Origin: Candidatus Norongarragalinales archaeon
GTDB taxonomy: Archaea > Micrarchaeota > Micrarchaeia > Norongarragalinales > Norongarragalinaceae
Direction: 5' to 3'
DNA: 64,000 bases
NCBI GenBank assembly: GCA_038884755.1
Contig: JAWABJ010000001.1
Coordinates: forward strand, 153,792 to 217,791
Shown: positions 53,121 through 63,100 of the stretch, in pieces
How positions within the stretch are numbered: the first letter of the stretch is position 1
Layout: each line of letters begins with the position of its first letter
Position numbers and translations under genes: made by a program
Notes under the pieces: generated by a model
Database searches by the model: none
The model's input: only the letters and a program-made list of their open reading frames with translations
What the model was told of the DNA's origin: nothing

Positions 53121-54640
53121 GCTTTCATCCTCTTGCTTTCGCTTTCGTCGTTGAAGTCAAGTATTTTCAAGGCGCCCGTGCGAATGTCGTAGACCGGCAT
53201 GAGGCAAGGCGTGGGTTTCCTGCCCATGCTTTTCTGGTAGTCGGTTTCGCCTTGCCACGTTCCCGAGTTTATTATTACCGTGCCGTTGTAGTCGAACGAA
53301 GCGTTCTTGTGCACGTGCCCGAAGTGGAAAATGTCCGGCACTTCTTCCACGACCATCCCGTCTTCCGGCGAGGGGACTATTGGCTTTTCGCCGTAAGTGG
53401 GGCACAAGTGCCTGCGGCGGAGAATTTCAACCGCCACTTTTTCCGGATGGTCGAAAGCGTCGCCCAGCTTTTGCGAGTTGGAAACAAGCGCGTCGAACGA
53501 AGTGCCGTGGTATACGAGGATTTTCAGCCCGTGCACGCGCAGGAGGCACGGGTTGGGAATGAAGCGGATGTTTTCCTGGTTGAGCTCGTGCACGAATTCG
53601 TTTGGAAGGGTGGGCTGGGGTTCGGCGTCGCGCACCGCGTCGTGGTTGCCAGGGCAAATCACGACTTGAATGTCATTAGGAATTTTCTTGAGGTATTGAG
53701 AAAGCAAAGAATATTGTTCAAAAATGTTTTTCGTGACGAGCTGCTTTTCCTGCGAAGGGTATACGCCTACGCCGTCGACAACGTCGCCCGCGATTATCAC
53801 GTAGCGAATTGTTTTTGCTATACGCCGTTCTTCCTCGCTTCCCGTTCCGTTGAGGAACGCCAACGCTTTTTCAAAGCGGTCTTCCAGAAAATATTTGCTT
53901 CCCACGTGCAAGTCGCTCAAGAACGCTATGCTGGCTTCTCCTTCAACCTGCACTGTTTTCTTCTGCCGCATGGGCACTCCCGGCCACACCACGTTTTCGA
54001 CGAGGAACAGTCCTTGCGAGTAGACGCCGTCGACCGCTACCACGTCGTCCAGCCACAGTTCTTGGGCTTTTTCCATGGCGGGCTTGTTCTGCTGCGCTAC
54101 GCAAGTCATCACGCCAGTCTCGTCTTCGATTTCGAACCGCAAATTCCCTTTCTTGGTCACGCCCTTGCTTCCAACCATGCCGATTATTCTGGATTTCCTG
54201 CGTTCAAGCGCGCCTTTAGCGTGTTCTATCGAAATCACGCCGTTCGCTGCCGAAACCCTGTTTTTAAGTATGCTTGAAAGCTTGTGGAATCTGTTGCGGA
54301 AGTGCGCGATGAAGTCTTCGACAGTTCCGTCGCAGTCGAATTTCTTGAACGGGGGGATTTCCAGGGAATGCACGAACCCGTTCTCGCGCGCCGGAGAGGG
54401 CGCGTACTGCCTTTTTTCTACCTGCACTATCGCCTGCCCGGCTTTCTTCCCCTGGTTTTTTTCCGACACGATTTCGCCTACCGACGCCAGGGTTATGACC
54501 GGCTGCTTTTTTTCTTCCGCCTTGCTCTCAGCTTCCAGCAGGATTTCAAGCGCTTCATCTTGCGGCATTGCGGCGAGTTTTTCCAAAACTCCGCTTTCCA
54601 GTAGTAGCTTCCTCTGCTTCACCACCTGCCTCAAATCCAC
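53117..54640 (-). CDS. polB: DNA polymerase II (PolD) small subunit DP1
   Basis: OB fold, SDLHVGS, GDVVDG, PGNHD, YHG, RHLCP, GHVH phosphoesterase motifs. Confidence 0.95.
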   Translation of the reverse strand: MDLRQVVKQRKLLLESGVLEKLAAMPQDEALEILLEAESKAEEKKQPVITLASVGEIVSEKNQGKKAGQAIVQVEKRQYAPSPARENGFVHSLEIPPFKKFDCDGTVEDFIAHFRNRFHKLSSILKNRVSAANGVISIEHAKGALERRKSRIIGMVGSKGVTKKGNLRFEIEDETGVMTCVAQQNKPAMEKAQELWLDDVVAVDGVYSQGLFLVENVVWPGVPMRQKKTVQVEGEASIAFLSDLHVGSKYFLEDRFEKALAFLNGTGSEEERRIAKTIRYVIIAGDVVDGVGVYPSQEKQLVTKNIFEQYSLLSQYLKKIPNDIQVVICPGNHDAVRDAEPQPTLPNEFVHELNQENIRFIPNPCLLRVHGLKILVYHGTSFDALVSNSQKLGDAFDHPEKVAVEILRRRHLCPTYGEKPIVPSPEDGMVVEEVPDIFHFGHVHKNASFDYNGTVIINSGTWQGETDYQKSMGRKPTPCLMPVYDIRTGALKILDFNDESESKRMKA

Positions 54641-54793
54641 CGGAACACCCTTCGCGCAGCATTGCGCCTAGCCGTCTGTATAGCAAAAAAGCCTTCTTGC
54701 CTTAATCTCAATCTCACGATGGAATTTATTTCTTTTGCAACGCGCGCGTATCACAACTTTTTTAAGAGCGGTTTTACTGATGAAAGCGGGTGA

Positions 54794-56221
54794 ATGGGTA
54801 AAGTGGGCCTGGAAAACTCTAAGCTTATTGCGGCGTTTGCCCTTGCGCTATTGGCAATCCCGTTTTCCCACGCGGTTGAAAACTGCGCGGACTTGATACG
54901 CTTCGGCTACTCGTCGAGTGCCATAATGCCCATTTACGGGCAGGACGTTTCGCCAGGCGGCGCGGTGGTTGCGGTAGTGTCGCTCAAACCCGTGGCTTTC
55001 TATTTGGGCGAAAACGGCTATGCCGAGTATTTCTTCACGGCTTTGGAAGACCAGTACCAGGGAGGAAAGCAGCTGATGGCCATAGGCGACGTGTTTTACA
55101 GGCACGAGAATACCACTGGGTTCAACAACACTTACTTCCGCAAGGCAAAGCAAAAGCCAGTTTACGTCGAGAGCGGGGACGAATTCACGATAGAATTCCA
55201 GCCGGACTTCAAGCTAGAATACAAAGACCGTTCTTTCACCACGGGCGTGCTGAGGTTTTCTTCCACGAAGCCCATCGCCTTTGGAGCGGGATACGGGTTC
55301 GGAGACAGTGTGATTGCGCTTGCAGAAACGCTTGACCCGCTGGTCGCAGAGTTCAAGCGCGGGAGCATTTTCCTTGAATCCAAAGACGGGCTGGTTTACG
55401 TGCCTGACGGGAGAGTGCGGTTCGTAGGCTCTTGCACCGCCTCGTGCTCCGACCCGGACGTTACGGATTATTACTCCAACGCCACTTGCAAGTCCACCCT
55501 CGTCGACGGAAGCGATTACTGCCTAAGCGAGAGCGAGCTCGTGGAATTTTCGTGTTCTTTCCAAAACAACTGCGCCCCGAAGCAGTTCTCTTGCCCGTTC
55601 GGGTGCAAGGATGGCAAGTGCATTACCGGCGAGAAAGCGAAGTGCGAAGATTCCGACGGACTGAACTTAGCGCAGAGGGGAAGGACTTCCGGAAACTACC
55701 CCAACGGATCGAAATTCTCGTTTCTCGACGAGTGTTCCGGAAGCACGAAGCTCATTGAATACTACTGCACTGAAGAAAAGGTTTTGAAGAAAAACGTTTT
55801 GGAATGCAACGGCGGCTCGTGCGAGGACGGAGCTTGCGTTCCAGTGCCTACTGTTGCCGAGTGTTCCGACACCGACGGCGGGAGGGATTACGAAACTTCT
55901 GGCGTTTGCTCGGATTCCTCGGGAAGCTACCCCGACTCTTGTGCTGAAAGCTCGGTGGTGGAATACTATTGTGAATCCGGCTACTGCAAAACCATAGTTT
56001 CCCCGTGCTCGCAGTGCTCGGAAAACGCGTGCTCGAAAAGCGAACTCGTCCCAACGTCGAACACTGCACTGTTCGCAATCGTGGTTTTGGCTGTCGCAGT
56101 CTTGGCTTTCGCCCTCAGCATGCGCGGGAGGCGCAAGGAAACGCTGGCTTCGGAAATAGAAAAGATAAGCTACGAAGTTCCCAAGCCGCCGGCGTTCAAG
56201 AAAAGCGGAAAGAAAAAATAA
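54794..56221 (+). CDS. Cys-rich surface protein with C-x-D-x-D-G repeats and C-terminal TM
   Basis: Signal peptide; CSDPD, CEDSDG, CSDTDGG modules each with D-x-C...E-Y/F-Y/S-C; TM plus RGRRK. Confidence 0.8.
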   Translation: MGKVGLENSKLIAAFALALLAIPFSHAVENCADLIRFGYSSSAIMPIYGQDVSPGGAVVAVVSLKPVAFYLGENGYAEYFFTALEDQYQGGKQLMAIGDVFYRHENTTGFNNTYFRKAKQKPVYVESGDEFTIEFQPDFKLEYKDRSFTTGVLRFSSTKPIAFGAGYGFGDSVIALAETLDPLVAEFKRGSIFLESKDGLVYVPDGRVRFVGSCTASCSDPDVTDYYSNATCKSTLVDGSDYCLSESELVEFSCSFQNNCAPKQFSCPFGCKDGKCITGEKAKCEDSDGLNLAQRGRTSGNYPNGSKFSFLDECSGSTKLIEYYCTEEKVLKKNVLECNGGSCEDGACVPVPTVAECSDTDGGRDYETSGVCSDSSGSYPDSCAESSVVEYYCESGYCKTIVSPCSQCSENACSKSELVPTSNTALFAIVVLAVAVLAFALSMRGRRKETLASEIEKISYEVPKPPAFKKSGKKK

Positions 56222-56266
56222 GCACAACCCCCACGTGGGTTTGGAGCAGGTAGGACGCAAAACTTT

Positions 56267-56524
56267 TTATCTTTCCTTGAGCGCTTCCAGTTCGCTGAGC
56301 AAATTCCATACCATGGTCCTGCCGTGCATGGGCAGGTTGATGTCGTTGCTTATCTCGTCCAACGCGTAAATCGCGCCGCTTACTGCGGTCGCAATATCCT
56401 CTTCTTTTTCCAGCCTTTCCTTGGCGAGGGAAATGTTGGTGCGCACGTTGCGCGGGATGCTCGTGTCCTGCAGTAGCCCGTCCAATAGGGGAATGAGCTT
56501 CTGTAACTCGGGATTTGCCGCCAT
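56267..56524 (-). CDS. UPF0147 family protein
   Basis: DTSIPRNVR, LDEISNDINLPMHGRTMVWNLLSELE. Confidence 0.92.
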   Translation of the reverse strand: MAANPELQKLIPLLDGLLQDTSIPRNVRTNISLAKERLEKEEDIATAVSGAIYALDEISNDINLPMHGRTMVWNLLSELEALKER

Positions 56525-56625
56525 GAGACACACCGTTTCCATCCAACCGACGTTTTCGTTTGAAAATAGCTTGCGCTTGTTTGCTACTCTTTTTGTGCAG
56601 GCACTCTTTTAATTGGTTCGCAAAG

Positions 56626-56701
56626 CGGGCCCGCCGCGATTTGAACGCGGGACCTTCCGCTTAGGAGGCAGATGCTCTCTTCCAGGCTGAGCTACGGGCC
56701 C
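56626..56701 (-). tRNA. tRNA-Arg(CCT), intronless
   Basis: Reverse complement GGGCCCGTAGCTCAGCCTGGAAGAGAGCATCTGCCTCCTAAGCGGAAGGTCCCGCGTTCAAATCGCGGCGGGCCCG. Confidence 0.95.
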
Positions 56702-56759
56702 AAACTTTCTTTTTCGCAAAAAGAAAGTTTGATCAAAGAAAAACGACGCAAAGAAAAAC
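56702..56759 (+). repeat. A/T palindromic element copy (family A, AAACTT subtype) flush with the tRNA-Arg(CCT) 5' end
   Basis: AAACTTTTCTTTTT-CGC-AAAAAGAAAGTTT-GATC-AAAGAAAAAC-GACGC-AAAGAAAAAC. Confidence 0.85.
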
Positions 56760-56826
56760 CAAAGGGAATTCCAGCCTATAAGAAACATGGCGGTTGGTTT
56801 TTATTTGCTTTTTGAATTCTGTATTC

Positions 56827-58890
56827 ATGCTAGCCGCCGAAGCCACGCAAATCCCGATAGTAGAAATAGGCGTGATAGTCTTGGCGGCGCTGTTTTTCGG
56901 GATAATCGCCTCGCGATTGCGCCTTCCCACTTCCATAGGCTACATAATTGCAGGCTTTCTCCTCGGCCCCCAAGTTTTTCATTTCCTGACGCCGAACGAG
57001 GGTATCGCGCAGCTGTTCGGCGAAATAGGCCTTTTGCTCTTGCTTTTCTATCTGGGTTTGGAATTGAGCATAAAGAAATTCAAGGAAAGCGGCGCCTTGG
57101 CGTCCATAATAGCTTTCGTTGAAATGGGAATACCATTTTTGTTCTCTTTCCTCGTTGCACTCGCGTTCGGCTTTGGCTTTACCGAAGCGCTGGTCATAGG
57201 CGCGATGCTCACTGCGACAAGCACGGTCATGGTAACGAAATTCATGTTCGACCGGCGCATAGAAAAGGAGCCTGAATCGAGGCTGGGGATTTCCATTCTC
57301 GTCGTCGAAGACTTTTTCGCCATTCTCGTTTTGGCTTTCCTGTTCAGCATTTCCAACGCCGTTTCGTTCAAGCAAACGCTCTTGAATGGCGTTCTTTTCG
57401 TTGTCGCGATGTTTTTCGTCGTAAGCCGCGTCACGCGCTTCGTATCGAGCTTTTTCGAGCGGCACGGGAAGACGAGCGTAATGACGCTCTTCGCCTTGGG
57501 CGTGGGCATAATGGTCGCCTACTTCAGCTCTTACCTCGGGCTTACCATAGCGTTGGGCGCCTACTTCGCGGGTTTTGCGCTGACCGAAACGCCTTTCGGC
57601 GAGAGGGTGAAAAAGGAAATTGGCTTCATGCGCGAGTTTTTCATACTCTTCTTTTTCGTTGGCTTTGGAACTACGGTAACCACACCTTCTTCCGGCTCGC
57701 TCGTCCTAGTCTTCGCTCTAGTGGCTTTCTACATCCTCGCTAAAATCATCGCCTACGGGTTTTTCGCGACGGCGTTCGGCTTGGGCATGAACTCGGCAAT
57801 AAAGCTCGGCATGATGATGATTCCCATAGGCGAGTTCAGTCTGATAATCGCGGCGGCTTCCGCGCCTTTCATGCGCAATGCCGGCGAAATAATCTCTATA
57901 GCGTTCCTCCTCACTATAGTTTCCACGCTGATTTCTCCCGTGCTTTTCGACAATTCCAAGCGCATAGCTGAATTAGTGTCGTCGTTGTACCCGAAAAAAC
58001 TGCGCAAGTCGATAAACGCCTTGGGAAAGGAACTGCATTCGCTGGAAAAAGTTTCGCAAAACCCCGCGTTCCAAAACGAATTATCGCGGGCTTTGGAAAG
58101 CTTCGTTTTGAATTCGGTAGTGGCGTTGGCGATAGTCTACATGAGCTTCCTCGCTTCTTTCAACGTCGACCTGAGCTTCATTCCTTTCCTCCCTCCGGAA
58201 ATTTCCATCAACGTCTTGATACTGCCTTTAGTTTTCTGGCCAATATACAAGGCAATCAATGACTTGAAGTTCATCGCTTACTCCGCAGTCTCGCAGTGGT
58301 CACGCCAGCACTTTCCGTACTGGAAGAGGCACCACGACGCGGGTATTGCCGCGTCGGAAATAATCACTTCTTTCGTCCTTACACTGGCGGGTGTTTTCGC
58401 GTGCTTTCTCTTCTACTTTACTAGCACCGAGCTCTTGCTTGTCCCCCTTCTTTTCACGCTGCTCGCGCTCATGTACTTGAGCAAGAGCATTTACTCGCTG
58501 TTCGAACAGGCGGAAGATTTACAGGCGGTTGCCGAAAGCGGCGGCGTTTCGGGAAAGGAAGTGCTTTCCTTGAGCAGGGAACTGCGGATGCGCGCTCAGA
58601 AAATCGCCGAGTTGAACGAAGAGCGCGAAAAATCCTTGAGGGAAATCCGCGCGGCGCTGGGCGCGGGGAAAATGGCGAAAGCGCGCTCGGAAATGCAGCA
58701 CTTCAAAAAGCGCGAGGCGGCAATCCTGGCAAAACTCGAAGGCGCGGAAAAACGATTGGAAAAGAAAGAATTCGCCGCGCTTTCGCGCGAGGAGACTGCC
58801 ACGAAAAAAGCGCTGGAAAGTTATTTCCTTAAGCAAGCCCCGCGCATCCTAGGCGAAAAGCGCAAGTCTTCGAAAAAGCCCAAGCGTTGA
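56827..58890 (+). CDS. CPA2-family cation/H+ antiporter with extra C-terminal TMs and coiled coil
   Basis: GYIIAGFLLGP, GLLLLLFYLGLE, ATST, LVVEDF, GAYFAG, IGEFSL. Confidence 0.9.
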   Translation: MLAAEATQIPIVEIGVIVLAALFFGIIASRLRLPTSIGYIIAGFLLGPQVFHFLTPNEGIAQLFGEIGLLLLLFYLGLELSIKKFKESGALASIIAFVEMGIPFLFSFLVALAFGFGFTEALVIGAMLTATSTVMVTKFMFDRRIEKEPESRLGISILVVEDFFAILVLAFLFSISNAVSFKQTLLNGVLFVVAMFFVVSRVTRFVSSFFERHGKTSVMTLFALGVGIMVAYFSSYLGLTIALGAYFAGFALTETPFGERVKKEIGFMREFFILFFFVGFGTTVTTPSSGSLVLVFALVAFYILAKIIAYGFFATAFGLGMNSAIKLGMMMIPIGEFSLIIAAASAPFMRNAGEIISIAFLLTIVSTLISPVLFDNSKRIAELVSSLYPKKLRKSINALGKELHSLEKVSQNPAFQNELSRALESFVLNSVVALAIVYMSFLASFNVDLSFIPFLPPEISINVLILPLVFWPIYKAINDLKFIAYSAVSQWSRQHFPYWKRHHDAGIAASEIITSFVLTLAGVFACFLFYFTSTELLLVPLLFTLLALMYLSKSIYSLFEQAEDLQAVAESGGVSGKEVLSLSRELRMRAQKIAELNEEREKSLREIRAALGAGKMAKARSEMQHFKKREAAILAKLEGAEKRLEKKEFAALSREETATKKALESYFLKQAPRILGEKRKSSKKPKR

Positions 58891-58921
58891 ACTAATAAAC
58901 TCCAGTGAACAAAATTTTGTT

Positions 58922-58977
58922 TAGTGATGATAACTGAACAACCTCTGAACCGATGATGAGGCTGATAGCGTCTGATC
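58922..58977 (+). ncRNA. Box C/D sRNA, probable guide for 23S rRNA Um2552 (E. coli numbering)
   Basis: GTGATGA(C)-TAACTGAACAACCT-CTGA(D')-ACCG-ATGATGA(C')-GGCTGATAGCGT-CTGA(D): all four boxes consensus with 12-14 nt guides. Confidence 0.85.
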
Positions 58978-59013
58978 CAGGAGAAACTACGTTTCTCCCT
59001 GGAACCCTCTTCC
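58976..59013 (+). repeat. Family B hairpin shared with the tRNA-Gly T-loop intron
   Basis: AGGAGAAACTACGTTTCTCCCT...CCCTCTTCCT versus intron AGGGGCGAAACTGCGTTTCTCCCTCTTCCT. Confidence 0.65.
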
Positions 59014-59051
59014 TGCGACGAAATTAATACTCCCGACTTCATTCTTTTTTC

Positions 59052-59744
59052 ATGCCGGATTTTGACCAACAGGAAATTTGGGAGAAAGAGCATTCCAAAC
59101 CCTTAGTCTTGCCTCAGATGAGTAAAGAAGATGCTTCTGGGGGTGTTGTCGAATTCTACTCATGGCTTGCAAGAAATAGTCTTACAAGCGAATTGTCTGG
59201 AGTAGAAATGGGGTGTGGAAAGGGAAGAAACTGCTTGTGGTTGGCAAAACAAGGAGTCAAAATGACTGGTTTCGACTTTTCGAAAAATGCAATTTCAGAA
59301 GCTCGAAAAAAAGCTGGAAAAACGGGCTTACAGAATGCGTTTTTTTTAGTTCACGATGCCACCAAAAAATGGCCTTTCGATAACGAGGCTTTCGACATTG
59401 GTATAGACTGCTTTGCATCAACCGACATAGATTCTCTTGAAGGAAGAACCTTCGCGAGGGATGAATTCAAGCGAGTAATCAAGAAAAGCGGCTTTCTGCT
59501 CGTGTATACACTCTCGACTGACGACGAATTTCACAAGCAAATGGTTGAAGAATATCCTGCAGGAGAAAGGAACAGTTTCAGGCATCCGCAAACCGGAAAA
59601 TTCGAGAAAATATTCGACAGAAACGAGATTTTTGATTTTTACCGAAATTTCAAACTAATCGAAGAGTGCAGGATAGAGAAGGATGAGGTCTTTTTTGGAA
59701 AAAGCTATCGATGCAAGCATTTTTGGCTGGTATTTCAAAAGTAG
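59052..59744 (+). CDS. Class I SAM-dependent methyltransferase
   Basis: EMGCGKGRN, GFDFS, HDAT..WPF; visibly more AT-rich than neighbouring genes. Confidence 0.88.
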   Translation: MPDFDQQEIWEKEHSKPLVLPQMSKEDASGGVVEFYSWLARNSLTSELSGVEMGCGKGRNCLWLAKQGVKMTGFDFSKNAISEARKKAGKTGLQNAFFLVHDATKKWPFDNEAFDIGIDCFASTDIDSLEGRTFARDEFKRVIKKSGFLLVYTLSTDDEFHKQMVEEYPAGERNSFRHPQTGKFEKIFDRNEIFDFYRNFKLIEECRIEKDEVFFGKSYRCKHFWLVFQK

Positions 59745-59758
59745 GTCTTTGTGGTTAA

Positions 59759-60040
59759 ATGCACTACCGGATTTTGGTTGAAGGCAGGGTGCAGGGCGTC
59801 GGGTATAGGGCTTTCGTGAAAAGCGCCGCCTGCGCGCTGGGAGTAAAAGGTTTTGTTCGTAATTTGGAAGACGGGCGGGTGGAAATAAACTGCGAGTGCG
59901 GCGAGAGCGTTTTGAAAGATTTTTTGAAGAAACTCGAGCGCAAGAGCGAAGGCTTCGCCGGAATTCACGTTGAGCGGCTGGCTGTGGAAAAAACCGCTTC
60001 CCCTCGAGAAGGCTTTTCTTCGTTCGAAATACGGTTTTGA
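59759..60040 (+). CDS. acyP: Acylphosphatase
   Basis: [26 protein letters not shown]. Confidence 0.95.
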   Translation: MHYRILVEGRVQGVGYRAFVKSAACALGVKGFVRNLEDGRVEINCECGESVLKDFLKKLERKSEGFAGIHVERLAVEKTASPREGFSSFEIRF

Positions 60041-60119
60041 GTCTTTTTTTGCGCAAGAACTGGTTTTTATACCTCGGCAATTACGTTTATCTTAACGGTT
60101 TTTCCACGGAGGGGATTCG

Positions 60120-63100
60120 GTGCAGGAACGCGCGTTTTTCGCCTTGTTTTCGATTATGATTTTGAGCGGGCTTGTTTTCGCCGCCTCTTCCACGCCAATC
60201 CCCGAAAAAAAGCTTTTCGAAACCAACGACATGCTGTCAGTCCAGTTTCCGCAAAGCGCCTCGTACGAAATCAAGGACGGGAACAAGCTTTACTTCAACG
60301 AGCCGGTAAAAGAAGTTTACCTGCATTATTTCTCGGGCGGAAGCGAAACGAGGCAGACGCTTTACAAGGTCGGGCGCATTGATGTTTGGCCGAAATTCGA
60401 AATGCTGGTTTTCGACAACACTTCGCAGTCGACGATGGTCGTTTTGAAAGACAAGCGCACGACTGTGCAGACGGCCGTGCGCTTCAGGGCGGTTTTCTAC
60501 GAAACTTCCGTTTCTTCTGCAGCACCAGCGCAGGACTCTCCGGTCACAACCCCTTCCGCAGTCTGTCCTTTCGTTTACGGGTTTAAGAAAGACGGGGCAA
60601 TAGCCGGCTTCAGGCTCAGCGACAACGGAACCGCTAAAGACCTGAAGACCGTGGTTTTCGGTGAAACGGATGCGGTCGATTACACCCTCCTGTGGCCTTC
60701 GGGCGAAAGCACGGTGAAGAAATTCAACGTAAAGAGAATAGAACTCTTGACTGCCACGCAAGGCAACGCGAAGAAGGAAGTTTCCGACACCAAAACCTCG
60801 TACTCGTTCGCTTCGCCCGTTATTATCCTGGTCACTCCCGAGAACGGGAAACAATTCGTGGCTGCAGTAAAGAAAATGACTTTCTCGTCCAAATCGAGCG
60901 TGGAAAAGGCGTTCCAGTTCGGCGCTCCTGACGTGGGCAACGTCAAGACCGAATACACTACCGGCGCTTTGGCAGTCCAATCGCGCGAAAAGCCGTTTTC
61001 GTTCAATTTGGTTGAAGACCAGCGGGTTTCTTCCTTCGACTGGGACCCTTCGAGCGCCTCGTGCTATCCAGTTTTCGTCGAGGGCGCGGAAAAGCCAGTT
61101 TGGGTGAGGGACTTGAGTTGGGAGAGCGCGCCTTCGTACGCCGGTTCGAGAGCCGGGAACGCGCAAGGCTGCGCCGCGCAGTTGGGAAGGTGCATTACCG
61201 AAACGACCGCCAACCTTTACAAGCTTAAGTTTTCTTCCGAAACTAAAGTCACGCTGGTTTCGTGCAACGTGCTTCAAGACAATCCCGTTGCGAAAGCCAA
61301 ACTCGGCGAAGTTGAATTCGATTTGGTCGCGCTGTTCGACAAGAAGCCCGAGTTCGTTTTCGACGGGGCTAAGTTCGAATTCAAGTATTCGTTCAGGCAA
61401 GGCAACGCGAAAGACTTCGGAATCAACAACGGCGTTTGGCACGTGGTTTACGACCCTGCTGCCTTCGATTACTACCACTCTTTGAACAAGAACGGCGGCG
61501 TGCCTTCTGCAGTGCCGCGCCACGAGGACGAGGCTTACGCGCCTCAAAACCACTACTGCCCTAGCGCCGGCGTGAATTCCTACACCCTAATGAACAGCGG
61601 GGATTATCTCGCCAGAATGTGGATTGCCGGCACGCAAGGCGATTTGGTTTTGAGCGAGAGCCTCGTGCGCTTGGTCCACTCCCCCTCCACCTTCGGCCAG
61701 TTCCTGCTCGCACACCGCTCTTCCGACGTTGTGCAGGAAAACTTCCAATTCCGCACGAACTACGTTGAAGCGCGGAACGCGCCGAAAGCGCTTTTGTTCA
61801 ACAATCTTTTATACTCGGTTTTTTCCTTGTCTCCAGCAACCTCCAGCTCTGCCGCCGGTTTCCTTGCAAGCGTAAAGGATGCTGCAACCAACAACGCGGT
61901 TTTAGACGTCGTGAATCCGGGCGCGTTCGGAAGCGTAGGAAAAATTTCTTTGAGGAACGTTTTCTACACCGGATACAAGATTTCCTTGAAATCAAAAGAC
62001 GACAAGTTTGAAGGGGTTGCTTTTACCATTCTCCAGCCAAAGTCTGCCGGAGCTCCAGGCGCCGATTGCGAATCTTCATTCTTCAACCCGTCGGCTCAGT
62101 CGAGCAAAAAGTGTTTTGACGCCGCGCCGTTCTGCTGGGGGTATTTGAGCGGCAGCGGAACTCCCTTCGGAAACTATCGCTGTTACCCTGTTTCCGCAGG
62201 CAACGGCTATCCTGCCGCGGACGCTTACGCATGCAAGGGAACGGTTTATTCCGACCTGAACGCGCAGACGCGAGAGCACGGGACCGTGTATTTGAAGTAC
62301 GCCGAAGGCAAAGGGCATTGCTCCAACAACCAGCGGGCTGAAGAGTTGATTAAAGACGGCAGTTGCAAGAAAACGCCTTTGGAAAACATTTCTTACGTCG
62401 TAACCAAAGACGGCAAGGAAATGACTTACAAAGTGAAAGTGCTGGACTGCTCTGCAAGGTATTCCGACGCGAACGCTGGCGGAGCCGGCGGTAGGGACAG
62501 GCCGCCTGCGGCCGGAACCGGAAGGGCGTCCATTCCCGCACTCGAATCTTCAGGCGGCCTTTCGGTGAAAACCCCCGCCCAGAAGGTGAAAGAATGCCGC
62601 AGCCAAGGCGCGGGCTTCGACTGCAGGAACGTGAACGCTTGCGACCCTGCCTCGATAAAACGCGGCTTGTGTCCGGGCGGTGACGACAACGTGTGCTGCA
62701 AGGCAAAAGGACAGGATTCCGAAAAGTGCGAAACCCTTCCTGTTTCCGAGTGCAAGAAACAACCTTCGTGCGAAGTGAAAAGCTCCGGAGGCGTAGATTC
62801 TTGCGTCCCGAAGGCGTCTTCCTCGGAAACTTGCGAAACCCTTTCACCCTCCGAATGCCGCAAGAATTCGAAGTGCGTGGTAATACCGACGACAACCTAC
62901 GGCAACGCTTGCATTTCGAAATCAAACGCACCGTCGTGCTCTTCGATAGGCGTTTCGCGATGTAGCTCGTACGAATACTGCGAGGTTATAGACACTACCT
63001 ACGGCAAAGCGTGCGTCGAAAAATCGGCTGCAACGCCGAAGCCTCCAAAAACCTGGAACCTGCCTGACGGCAAAACCTGTTCCGACATTCTCAAGCAACA

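Noticed and set aside
54641..54793. Replication origin upstream of DP1/DP2
   Set aside because: No cdc6/orc1 gene adjacent and no recognisable ORB repeats; the region looks like a divergent promoter.
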